40,083 nucleotides of DNA, from assembly GCA_014803575.1 (NCBI GenBank), contig JAAVBO010000006.1, positions 593-40,675 on the forward strand. The letters run 5' to 3'. The translations under genes and the position numbers were made by a program. Under the pieces are notes generated by a model. That model was not told the DNA's origin. It did no database searches and saw only the letters and a program-made list of their open reading frames with translations. Origin of the DNA: a bacterium. GTDB taxonomy: Bacteria > Pseudomonadota > Alphaproteobacteria > Rs-D84 > CACZYB01. Shown here piece after piece: positions 1 to 12,294 of this stretch; position 1 is the first letter of the stretch; each line of letters opens with the position of its first letter.

Positions 1-1490
1 TCAAATATGGTAGGTCTTGTTTCACCATCAGCATAATGTTTAAAGGAACTAATGTCAATACTTTCATCTAAATTTAATTTTTCTTTATTATCATCATAAA
101 TTTTATGTAATGCAATTATACCATTAATTACATCTTTACTATTTATACCTGTACCATATATATAATAATCCAATTTAGGAGCTTTTGATGTAGGTGCTTT
201 TACTAATTCTGTTGGTTGAGTAATAACTTCTTTTAAGAAAGTTTCTGAATCATAATTAAATAAACGAGCATACATATCAAAAATAGTTTTCGGAGACATA
301 GCAAAGTATAAATTTTTATCCTCATACTCTTGTTTCATAGAAAACACTGCATTATCAGTAGATATTGAAGCTCCAGCATTCTCAATATCTATTTCATTAT
401 AGTTAAATGTACCATTTAATACAATATTTCCTTTAGATATTTTATAAGATTCTACTTCTTTTACTGCAGGATAACGCTGTCCTACTGAAGTCTCTGTAAA
501 CTCATTTGCTGTTTCTGGGACCTTATCTTTCATATCAGTATCAATAACCCCATACTCATTTCCAATATCACGAATTCCGTTCTTTTCAACCTTAATTTCC
601 CCATTATCATAAGCATTAACTAAAGTTGAAAGGTCTTTATATTTTTCATATTCAGCTAGAGCTGCTGCTTTTAATTTAGTTTCTTTTTCTTCTTCCTTTG
701 TATCAGCTGGAATTGTAATTTTTAGGTCAGAAGGTAAAGCAGCAAGCTTTTTTATGGTTTGTGCCGTTAATGTTATAGTTCCTGTTTGCTGATCACCTTC
801 TGGTATTGGTTTATTAACATATACAAAAAGATCTCTTAGACTTTTAAATTCTTTGTGTGTTGGGTTTTCTGTAACAGGTGGATTTTGTCCTTCATTTGGA
901 TTTTGTCCTTCATTTGGATTTTGTCCTTCATTTGGATCTTTTCCTTCATTTGGATCTTTTCCTTCATTTGGATCTTTTCCTTCATTTGGATCTTTTCCTT
1001 CATTTGGTTGGGCTGTATATAATTTAGAAACTTTAAATGATTTATCACCAATTTCTATAAAAGCTCTAAAATTATTTTGTTCAGACTTAAACTCATAATC
1101 TTCTGTTGGAAAACTATTATTTGTTATAGTATAAATAAAATCTTTATCGTCATCATTTGTTACTGTGATATTAAATGTTGTTTTATCTTTAAACATTTCA
1201 TATAACTCTTCAAGAGTTTTTCTTCCTTCATCTCTATTCATATATAAGTTAACAGAAAGACACTTTTTTATCTCTTCTGCAGTTACAGTTTCACCAACTT
1301 TAACCTCTTTATCAAAATCTATTATTAAATCACTTACTTCTATAACATCTCCCTGCTCTGTCTCTGTTTTACATGCAACCATTGCTAATGCAAGAGGAGT
1401 AAGTGTTGCAGCCTTGAAAGCATTAGAAGCCAAAATTGAAATTATACGTTTTCTTAAATCATGAAATTTATTTGTGGTATTTTTCTTCAT
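1..1490 (-). CDS. Predicted lipoprotein with internal PNEG(KD/QN) hexapeptide repeats; 3' end runs off the window (>496 aa)
   Basis: Translated by hand from ATG at 1490 (AAAGGA RBS upstream): MKKNTTNKFHDLRKRIISILASNAFKAATLTPLALAMVACKTETEQ... with no stop before position 1. Basic N-terminus, hydrophobic stretch and lipobox-like MVA-C. Not in the ORF track because it has no stop in the window. Confidence 0.85.
   Translation of the reverse strand, partial: MKKNTTNKFHDLRKRIISILASNAFKAATLTPLALAMVACKTETEQGDVIEVSDLIIDFDKEVKVGETVTAEEIKKCLSVNLYMNRDEGRKTLEELYEMFKDKTTFNITVTNDDDKDFIYTITNNSFPTEDYEFKSEQNNFRAFIEIGDKSFKVSKLYTAQPNEGKDPNEGKDPNEGKDPNEGKDPNEGQNPNEGQNPNEGQNPPVTENPTHKEFKSLRDLFVYVNKPIPEGDQQTGTITLTAQTIKKLAALPSDLKITIPADTKEEEKETKLKAAALAEYEKYKDLSTLVNAYDNGEIKVEKNGIRDIGNEYGVIDTDMKDKVPETANEFTETSVGQRYPAVKEVESYKISKGNIVLNGTFNYNEIDIENAGASISTDNAVFSMKQEYEDKNLYFAMSPKTIFDMYARLFNYDSETFLKEVITQPTELVKAPTSKAPKLDYYIYGTGINSKDVINGIIALHKIYDDNKEKLNLDESIDISSFKHYADGETRPTIF
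879..1007 (-). repeat. 18-bp tandem repeat, 7 copies (in-frame coding VNTR)
   Basis: On the + strand, 3x tggattttgtccttcatt then 4x tggatcttttccttcatt. Encodes 4x PNEGKD + 3x PNEGQN in the lipoprotein frame. Confidence 0.97.
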
Positions 1491-1525
1491 TGTTTTATTC
1501 CTTTCTATTATATTGATTATGTGTT

Positions 1526-1555
1526 ATTCTATTTTAAAATTACACATTATGTCAA
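1526..1555 (-). promoter_or_regulatory. Candidate sigma70 promoter for the lipoprotein gene
   Basis: TTGACA-N18-TAGAAT on the minus strand, ~35 nt upstream of ATG 1490. Confidence 0.45.
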
Positions 1556-1671
1556 TTTCTTTATATTCCTATTATATTGACGAGATTATTGTATCATAAA
1601 ATAAAGAACCATTCAACAAAAAAAATGTAAAAAATAAAATATGTCAATTTTATCTACAATTATATATAAAT

Positions 1672-3261
1672 TTACAGTAATTTCAATATCTTATTTTTAC
1701 CAATACTTCTTATAAAGCCAGCAAGTTTTGGTCCTAAATCCCTGTTTATTAAGATTTGATAAAGTTTTTTATATATTTCCGGAGTAAGTTCAAATTCGGA
1801 TACAAGGTTTCCAATCTTGTTTTGCAAATCTCTGTCCGTTTGATATAAATCCCAGTTATTTTGAAGTTCTGATTTAAGTGCATCTATAAACTTTTTTTCA
1901 TTATCGGACAAATTTATATCTGTTCTTTTTTCCTTATTAATAATGAATTTAAAGTCTTCCGGTGCGTGATTTTGAATCCAGAAAATTGCACGGTCAGCAC
2001 GTTCATTGAAACGACGTTCATCACGTGGTGTTTTTATATCTGCTTCGTAATACTTTCTTGCCTTTTCCTTATCAAAATCATTTATTTGCAAGATATTGCA
2101 AAGGTGTCTGAAACTTGGTTGAAACGGAATTGTGTCCGGAATTTTACCCATTGGGTTAAGTTGTGAAAGTTCGTATATTCTGGTTGCAACTGCTTTTTTG
2201 TCTTCCTTTACATTTTCAAGTCCGTAAACAGTTCTTTCAAGTCTATCAAAGTCCTCATAATTTTTAAGAACATCTAAATCAAATGCCAAGTCAAAGGCTG
2301 CATTTGGTTTATAGGAGGAGAAAATCCAACGCACCATTTCCGGTTCGTATACATCCAAGATTTCCTTTAATGTAATAACATTTCCCTTTGATGAAGAGAT
2401 TTTGCCATTGAAACCCTTTATACCAATGTTATCATAAGGGATATAGACAGGAGGTTCTTTTCCAAAAACCTTTTTTACAATTATTGAGGCCGTATCACGA
2501 CTTCCACCGGCAGAGGAGTGATCGCGTCCACCAGGTTCAAAGTCTACATTTTCAAAAGCCCAACGCATAGGCCAATCAACACGCCAAGGAAGTTTTAGGC
2601 GGTTTGAGGTTTCAAGATTTTCTGTTCCTTCGTGTCCGCACAAATCACATTTGTATGTGATATTTTTTGTTGCCTTGTCATATCCTGTAATTGTAATTCT
2701 GTCGCGATTACATTTTTCGCAATATGTTGAAAGTGGAGCCCAATTTTCGCCAAGTTCCGAAGTTTTAAACTCCTGTAAAATTGAGGCGATAGTATCTTTG
2801 TTATCCATAACCTTTACTATTTCGGGATTATAGGTTTTTGAACGATATTTTTTGTTTTGATAAATAAATTCAACATAGTCAATTCCAACACGTGGTAAGT
2901 CTTTTTCAAAAACTTTTTCATTATGTTCGGCATAGGAAGAGTATTCGCCGAATGGGTCAAAGACATCAACGATAGGTTGGAAAAGAAGTTCCTTTAACTC
3001 CTCTTGCTTTGGCATATTTGCAGGCACTTTACGGAAAGTATCATAATCGTCCCAAGAATAGATAAAGCGGACTTTCTTACCCCTTTGCATTAAAGCACGA
3101 GCCACCAAATCAACCGTAATTACTTCACGAAAGTTTCCAAAGTGGACTACGCCTGATGGGGTTATACCGCTTGCAACTGTATAAGTATCCTTATCGCCCT
3201 TTTCACGGATAATTTTGTCGGCTGTGATATCTGCCCAATGAAAACTTTTTATATCTGACAT
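1672..3261 (-). CDS. lysS: Lysine--tRNA ligase, class I (LysRS1)
   Basis: 529 aa. HWAD N-terminus, [13 protein letters not shown] (HIGH-like), CEKC/CDLC Zn motifs, [28 protein letters not shown] (KMSKS-like), GPKLA C-terminal motif. Confidence 0.97.
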   Translation of the reverse strand: [529 protein letters not shown]

Positions 3262-3292
3262 TTTTTACCTCTATAAACTTATTATATTGGAT

Positions 3293-3321
3293 ATCATATA
3301 TTTTGCCTTTGTTTTAGTCAA
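3293..3321 (-). promoter_or_regulatory. Candidate sigma70 promoter of lysS
   Basis: TTGACT-N17-TATGAT on the minus strand, ~30 nt upstream of the lysS start. Confidence 0.6.
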
Positions 3322-3403
3322 GAAAATAAAAGAAAGAATATCTTTACAAATTATTTATTTGTTATATTATAAAACTAAATATTAATGAATTAAGGAATAA
3401 AAT

Positions 3404-3937
3404 ATGAGTAGTAATATAATTTATGATCCTAAACATACCCTTAAATTTGAAACTGCACGAGATATTGCAATGACTATTACTGTGGCGTTAGTAGGCTCTT
3501 CTGTTGGAATCTTTTTAATGACTTTAATAATGAGTTTATCAAAAACACATAGACAAATGAATGATATTAAAACTGCTTCTTTAAAAGAAGGAAATATTTT
3601 AAAGGCAGAAATTATAACAAAAAACTATAATAATATTCAAAAAAACAAAATTAAAAATGTTGTTATTGATACAAACAATAATGGTATTGAAGATGCAGAT
3701 GATGTCGTGATAAATGGAAAGTTATTTACATTTTCAGAAGCTCAAGAAGGTCGTAATGTTGTATTTTTACAAAATGAAAAAAGAATAAAACCTCTTGCAG
3801 TGGAAAATGAGAATGGCAAGTTTGATGTAAAGAAAACTCCTTCTGATATTTATTATGCTCTTAATCCTGAAAAAGTAAAATCATTAAAAAATCTTGATGA
3901 TGAATTTAATAATATGATAGCGCAGAAAATAAGATAA
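3404..3937 (+). CDS. Hypothetical single-pass membrane protein, tandem paralog 1
   Basis: 177 aa, TAAGGA RBS, one hydrophobic helix (aa ~21-45), DTNNNGIEDADD acidic loop. Paralog of the next ORF. Confidence 0.9.
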   Translation: MSSNIIYDPKHTLKFETARDIAMTITVALVGSSVGIFLMTLIMSLSKTHRQMNDIKTASLKEGNILKAEIITKNYNNIQKNKIKNVVIDTNNNGIEDADDVVINGKLFTFSEAQEGRNVVFLQNEKRIKPLAVENENGKFDVKKTPSDIYYALNPEKVKSLKNLDDEFNNMIAQKIR

Positions 3938-3947
3938 GGAATAAAAT

Positions 3948-4481
3948 ATGAGTAGTAATATAATTTATGATCCTGACCGCATTGTTAAGTTGGAAACTGC
4001 ACAAGATATTGCAAAGGGTATTATTGTAGGACTAGTAGGCTCTTTTACTGGAATTTTCTTAATAACTGGAATATCGACTGTATTAACAGCATATAAACAG
4101 ACTTATGATAGTAAAACTGCTTCTTTAAAAGAAGGAAATATTTTAAAGGCAGAAATTATAACAAAAAACTATAATAATATTCAAAAAAACAAAATTAAAA
4201 ATGTTGTTGTTGATGTAAACAACAATGGTATTGAAGATGCTGACGATATTGTAATTGATGGAAAGTTATTTACATTCTCAGAAGTTCAAGAAGGTCGCAA
4301 TGTTGTATTCTTGCAAAGCAAAAAGAAATTAAAACCTCTTGCTGTGGAAAATGAGAATGGTAAGTTTGATATAAAGAAAACTCCTTCTGATATTTATTAC
4401 ATTATTGATACAGAAAAAGTAAAATCATTAAAAAATCTTGATGATGAATTTAACAATATAATAGCTCAGAAAACAAGATAA
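3948..4481 (+). CDS. Hypothetical single-pass membrane protein, tandem paralog 2
   Basis: 177 aa, same length and colinear with 3404..3937, same RBS and start context. Confidence 0.9.
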   Translation: MSSNIIYDPDRIVKLETAQDIAKGIIVGLVGSFTGIFLITGISTVLTAYKQTYDSKTASLKEGNILKAEIITKNYNNIQKNKIKNVVVDVNNNGIEDADDIVIDGKLFTFSEVQEGRNVVFLQSKKKLKPLAVENENGKFDIKKTPSDIYYIIDTEKVKSLKNLDDEFNNIIAQKTR

Positions 4482-4491
4482 TTGAAAGAAA

Positions 4492-4520
4492 AAAATAGGG
4501 CTTGAAATAAGCCCTATTTT
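4492..4520. terminator. Bidirectional intrinsic terminator
   Basis: aaaatagggctt-gaaat-aagccctatttt hairpin between convergent genes. Confidence 0.85.
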
Positions 4521-4527
4521 ATAAAAT

Positions 4528-4815
4528 TTATTTTGTTGGGGATTTCGTGTTCTTGGCTTCCATAACCATTAACTCATCTTCGGCTTCCTGTAAATATCTG
4601 CTAAATTCTTGCCAATTTATATTCATAACTCTTAAAACTTTACATATACTTTCAGTAGAAGGCCAACGAAATTTTCCAGTTGGATAAAACCTTTTACTTT
4701 TATTAAAGGCGGTAGAATCTAACCCTGCTTTCTTTGCTAAGGATGATACAGACATACCGTGTACATAAGCGATTTTATCTATTGAACGCCAAATTTTATA
4801 ATGATCTTTATTCAT
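4528..4815 (-). CDS. Cro/CI-like HTH transcriptional regulator (alphaproteobacterial family), stand-alone HTH domain
   Basis: 95 aa. IWxxIDxxA...SxLAKKAGLDSTAFNKSKR...RWPSTESIxKVL matches from recall the N-terminal domain of alphaproteobacterial phage-repressor-like regulators. AAAGGAG RBS. Confidence 0.8.
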   Translation of the reverse strand: MNKDHYKIWRSIDKIAYVHGMSVSSLAKKAGLDSTAFNKSKRFYPTGKFRWPSTESICKVLRVMNINWQEFSRYLQEAEDELMVMEAKNTKSPTK

Positions 4816-5010
4816 TTTTACTCCTTTCTCTTTATAGTAGTTTTTATTTTAAAACACAATTATAAAGGGAATTTAAATAAATTTCAAGTATAAAATTGAA
4901 TATTTTTATTTTTTCTACTATAGGTAGTTATTTATAAATATTAGGATTGTTGAATATTCACACGTTTAAGCAAACACTATACAAAGAATTATTATGTTAT
5001 TTTAATATAA

Positions 5011-5036
5011 AAAATTCCCTCATAAAGAGGGATTTT
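5011..5036 (-). terminator. Intrinsic terminator after 5037..5294
   Basis: ccctc-ataaa-gaggg stem with a T-run downstream on the minus strand. Confidence 0.6.
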
Positions 5037-5294
5037 TTAACGAAAAAGTCCATGATGAATAAATTCAAGTGATTCTAAACTTTTAATGCGTTTTTCTTGT
5101 TGGTTAATTTTAAGGATAAGAGCCATAAGTAACTCTTTTCCTATAACAATATCTTTTTCATCATTTAACATAGCTTCTTCTAATTTTTCAAATGGAGCCA
5201 ATAGTTCGTTTTTATTATCTGTTCCTAGATTTCTATTAAAAGAATTTACGAAATATTCTACTTGTTTTTCTATATCTAGACTGTTATTTTTCAT
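5037..5294 (-). CDS. Hypothetical protein (helical, coiled-coil-like)
   Basis: 85-aa ORF with natural composition, lying between two terminators. RBS is weak. Confidence 0.6.
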   Translation of the reverse strand: MKNNSLDIEKQVEYFVNSFNRNLGTDNKNELLAPFEKLEEAMLNDEKDIVIGKELLMALILKINQQEKRIKSLESLEFIHHGLFR

Positions 5295-5351
5295 TTTATT
5301 GCTATCTTATTCTTTCTTTTCTTATTAAGAATTTTTTATAAAAAGCAAATA

Positions 5352-5389
5352 AAATTTCTTCCCTTTAAGCTAATAAAGGGAGGAAATTT
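5352..5389 (-). terminator. Hairpin or terminator downstream of the XRE gene
   Basis: aaatttcttcccttta...taaagggaggaaattt inverted repeat. Confidence 0.65.
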
Positions 5390-5407
5390 ATATAGTAGAT
5401 AATTTAT

Positions 5408-5659
5408 TTAATCTTCATCAATAAAATTGTTTAAAAGTTCCTCAAGGACTTTAATAGGATTTACTTCAAGTTTCTTTAATACTTTTATAAACTCTATAAC
5501 ATCAAGAACTCTTTGAGAAGTTTCGACTTTTGATATAAAAGATTGAGGTTTATCTAATCTTTTTGCAAATTCTTCTTGATTTACTCCTTTTAATTTTCTT
5601 TCTCTTTTTAAAATTTCTATTAAAGTTTTATTATTTTCTGAATTTATAGACTTTTTCAT
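5408..5659 (-). CDS. XRE-family helix-turn-helix protein
   Basis: 83 aa. LKRERKLKGVNQEEFAKRLDKPQSFISKVETSQRVLDVIEF is a typical HTH_XRE. AAGGAG RBS. Confidence 0.9.
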   Translation of the reverse strand: MKKSINSENNKTLIEILKRERKLKGVNQEEFAKRLDKPQSFISKVETSQRVLDVIEFIKVLKKLEVNPIKVLEELLNNFIDED

Positions 5660-5756
5660 CTTTAATTTCTCCTTTTGTTTTGGTTAATATAAAAGTCCAA
5701 AATTAAAGATAATTACTGTTATAGAAATATTTAAGAAAATTATAAAAATAAATAAA

Positions 5757-5784
5757 AAAAAATTCTCCAAACAGAGAATTTTTT
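5757..5784 (-). terminator. rRNA operon terminator
   Basis: aaaaaattctc-caaaca-gagaatttttt stem followed by a T-tract on the minus strand, ~50 nt past the 5S gene. Confidence 0.7.
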
Positions 5785-5836
5785 AATTGCATTATATTGT
5801 AAATATGTTGAATTGAGTTAATAGTGTTCTTTGAAA

Positions 5837-5952
5837 ATCCGGCAATTACCTACTCTCCCGTGCCTTAAGACAAAGTACCATCGGCTCGGAGGGGTTTCAC
5901 TGTCTAGTTCGGGATGGAATAGAGTGTTTCACCCTCGATATCGTCACCGGAT
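5837..5952 (-). rRNA. rrf: 5S ribosomal RNA
   Basis: ~116 nt with terminal ATCCGG/CCGGAT stem and CCCGAAC, GATGGTAC and GGGAGAGTAGG motifs. Ends approximate. Confidence 0.95.
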
Positions 5953-6036
5953 TATCAAAGAACAGTATTAAAATTTCTAGTCTATTTTATAAATATTATG
6001 AAAACTTTTGAATAATCTAATTATCAAAACATATAC

Positions 6037-8788
<2,752 letters not shown>

Positions 8789-8962
8789 AGCATATGTTTT
8801 GAAAATTAGATTTCAAAACGGTTCATCAAGAATACTTTCATAATTTTAAAATTACAAAAATTTTGCTAGACTAGATAAAATATCAATGTTAAAAACTTAA
8901 TTAATATTTTCTCATTCAACATATTTACAATATAAAAAAGCAATGCAACAACCCTTATTTTT

Positions 8963-9038
8963 TGGTGGAGGAGATGGGGATCGAACCCACGACCTCTTGA
9001 ATGCAAATCAAGCGCTCTCCCAGCTGAGCTACACCCCC
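8963..9038 (-). tRNA. tRNA-Ala(TGC)
   Basis: GGGGGTGTAGCTCAGCTGGGAGAGCGCTTGATTTGCATTCAAGAGGTCGTGGGTTCGATCCCCATCTCCTCCACCA; G3:U70 and encoded CCA. Confidence 0.98.
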
Positions 9039-9062
9039 AAAGTATGGTCAAAGACCAAATAA

Positions 9063-9139
9063 TGGTGGGCTTGAGTGGACTCGAACCACTGACCCCCGCC
9101 TTATCAGAGCGGTGCTCTAACCAACTGAGCTACAAACCC
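9063..9139 (-). tRNA. tRNA-Ile(GAT)
   Basis: GGGTTTGTAGCTCAGTTGGTTAGAGCACCGCTCTGATAAGGCGGGGGTCAGTGGTTCGAGTCCACTCAAGCCCACCA. Confidence 0.98.
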
Positions 9140-9276
9140 AAATTAAAATCAAAATCCGAGTTTGCGAACTCTAAAAACCAGAATTATTTAACTCTGATTC
9201 TGATTCTCATTCATTATAAGGGATATATAGACGGCAGATAACTTTCTTCTTTAATTAAAAAGAAGATATGTCTTTG

Positions 9277-10775
<1,499 letters not shown>

Positions 10776-10950
10776 AAAAAATCTTTAAGTCTTAAATCCT
10801 GCACTATATGATGTATACTTAAAGAAAAAGATAAGGTTTAATAACCAAATTTACCTTTTTGCTTTTCTGTCATTTTAAAATGTGCAGTGTCAGACAACTT
10901 GTTACAGCTATACTGCCGTCTACACATCCCTTATTGTTGCATCTTTACTA

Positions 10951-10962
10951 TGTTAAAAAACA
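10951..10962 (-). promoter_or_regulatory. boxA-like antitermination element in the rRNA leader
   Basis: TGTTTTTTAACA versus consensus TGCTCTTTAACA (10/12), located between the promoter and the 16S processing stem. Confidence 0.55.
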
Positions 10963-11001
10963 AATCGCATTTAAATCAGTGTCATTTAAAAAACTTTATC
11001 A

Positions 11002-11029
11002 GTTATAACACTATTTTTTTTAATTGCAA
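11002..11029 (-). promoter_or_regulatory. rRNA operon promoter (proximal)
   Basis: TTGCAA-N16-TATAAC with TG extension and an upstream A/T-tract UP-like element. Confidence 0.7.
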
Positions 11030-11149
11030 GAGAAAAAATAATTTTTTTTTAAAATCTTTTTTCTTCGTAATTTTTTGGAGAGGTTGAAGAGAGGATTATT
11101 AGAAGTTTTTACTTTCAGTTTCCATCCCTGCAACTTTCAAGTGAGAATA

Positions 11150-11178
11150 AATATAATTATTATTTTTCAAAATGTCAA
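11150..11178 (-). promoter_or_regulatory. rRNA operon promoter (distal)
   Basis: TTGACA-N17-TATATT with upstream A/T tracts. Tandem promoters are typical of rrn operons. Confidence 0.6.
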
Positions 11179-11533
11179 CAGCAAAAATAAAATTTTTTCA
11201 ATTTTTTTTGATATTTTCCTATTATGTTTTATTAATTTATTGATTTTACAACTATTTTTATTTCAAAAAAATTTCTAAAATTATATTTTTATTCTTTGAT
11301 TAAGTATTATTATTTGAATAATTATTATTAAAAGAATCGAAAATCGGATTAGAATCCTTATCTTTGAAAGTCAATTTTTGTAAAAATAATGGAATATTTA
11401 TAAAAAACGAATCATTTTAGTTCTTTTTAATTATAGATATTGAAAAAGAATTTTTACGAATCGGGTAATTATGCTTTATTTTAATATAAACGAATCGATA
11501 TTTTTACTTTTATAACTATAAAAAATATCAATA

Positions 11534-11559
11534 AAAGGACAGAGAAAACTCTACCCTTT
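11534..11559 (-). terminator. Intrinsic terminator after 11604..12233
   Basis: Minus-strand AAAGGGTAGAG-TTTT-CTCTGTCCTTT stem (with G:U pairs) followed by a T-rich tail. Confidence 0.6.
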
Positions 11560-11603
11560 ATATTTTATTTGAAATAAAAAAAATTAATTTATACGAATTT
11601 TTA

Positions 11604-12233
11604 TTATTTTTTCTTTTTTAATTTGAATATTGGATTGAAAGTATAAAGATAAATTATACTCATAAATGAAAAATAGAACATTGTTTCCGATACTTCCTCA
11701 AACATTTCATTTGGAAATGATGTTTCTCCAAGAGTTCCTAAAATTATACCTAATAAAAATAAAATAATATCTATTGCCGGAAAATTTGCTGATTTTATAT
11801 ATAACCATAATTCATGATAAAGTTTTTTGTAAAAGAAATATACAAGGGTAAAAAGCATAAATAAGCCATACAAAGTATTTGGAAGCCAACTGTAATGTGG
11901 AAGTATTTCTTTCCATGTTTTAAATGATGTTGTCGAACCTGCGTATGGAAATAAAATTCTTCCGCAATTAATTTCTCTTAAAAATAAAATAAATGAAAGC
12001 ATTGCAAACCATTTGAAAAGTGATTTATGTTCTTTATTTTTTAATGCAAAAATTACAGCGAAACCTAAAATAAATAATTGTAAGTTTTCAAAAAATGAGT
12101 TTTCATTTGCATATTTTGCAGGCAACCAAAGTATGCAAGGTATTATTGCAAAAAGTGATATTAAACCTAAAATTGTTGTTGGATAAACTTTCCAATTTAA
12201 TCTTGAAAATAAATTTTTTACAAATGTCATCAT
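11604..12233 (-). CDS. Hypothetical polytopic membrane protein
   Basis: 209 aa, ~6 hydrophobic segments, with ENSFFENLQ, LREINCGR and EEVSE charged motifs. GAGG RBS. Confidence 0.85.
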   Translation of the reverse strand: MMTFVKNLFSRLNWKVYPTTILGLISLFAIIPCILWLPAKYANENSFFENLQLFILGFAVIFALKNKEHKSLFKWFAMLSFILFLREINCGRILFPYAGSTTSFKTWKEILPHYSWLPNTLYGLFMLFTLVYFFYKKLYHELWLYIKSANFPAIDIILFLLGIILGTLGETSFPNEMFEEVSETMFYFSFMSIIYLYTFNPIFKLKKKK

Positions 12234-12294
12234 TGTAACCTCTTCTTTTATTTATAATAATTAAATATAATTCTTTTTCTTATTTTTACAAGAA

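Larger units (their letters stand above)
3391..4481 (+). repeat. Head-to-tail tandem duplication, 544-bp period
   Basis: taaggaataaaatatgagtagtaatataatttatgatcct occurs at 3391 and 3935. A 97-bp identical block occurs at 3568-3664 and 4112-4208. Confidence 0.95.

Noticed and set aside
879-1007. 18-bp repeats as a possible CRISPR or non-coding array; ORFs 836..1051 (-) and 853..1098 (+)
   Set aside because: The units are contiguous without spacers and in frame within the long lipoprotein ORF. The two short ORFs are alternative-frame shadows of the repeat.
11180-11600. AT-rich GANTC-containing gap as the replication origin
   Set aside because: No TTATCCACA-type DnaA boxes are seen. The rRNA operon and ribosomal superoperon on either side are on the same strand, so an origin here would put the ribosomal protein operon head-on to replication.
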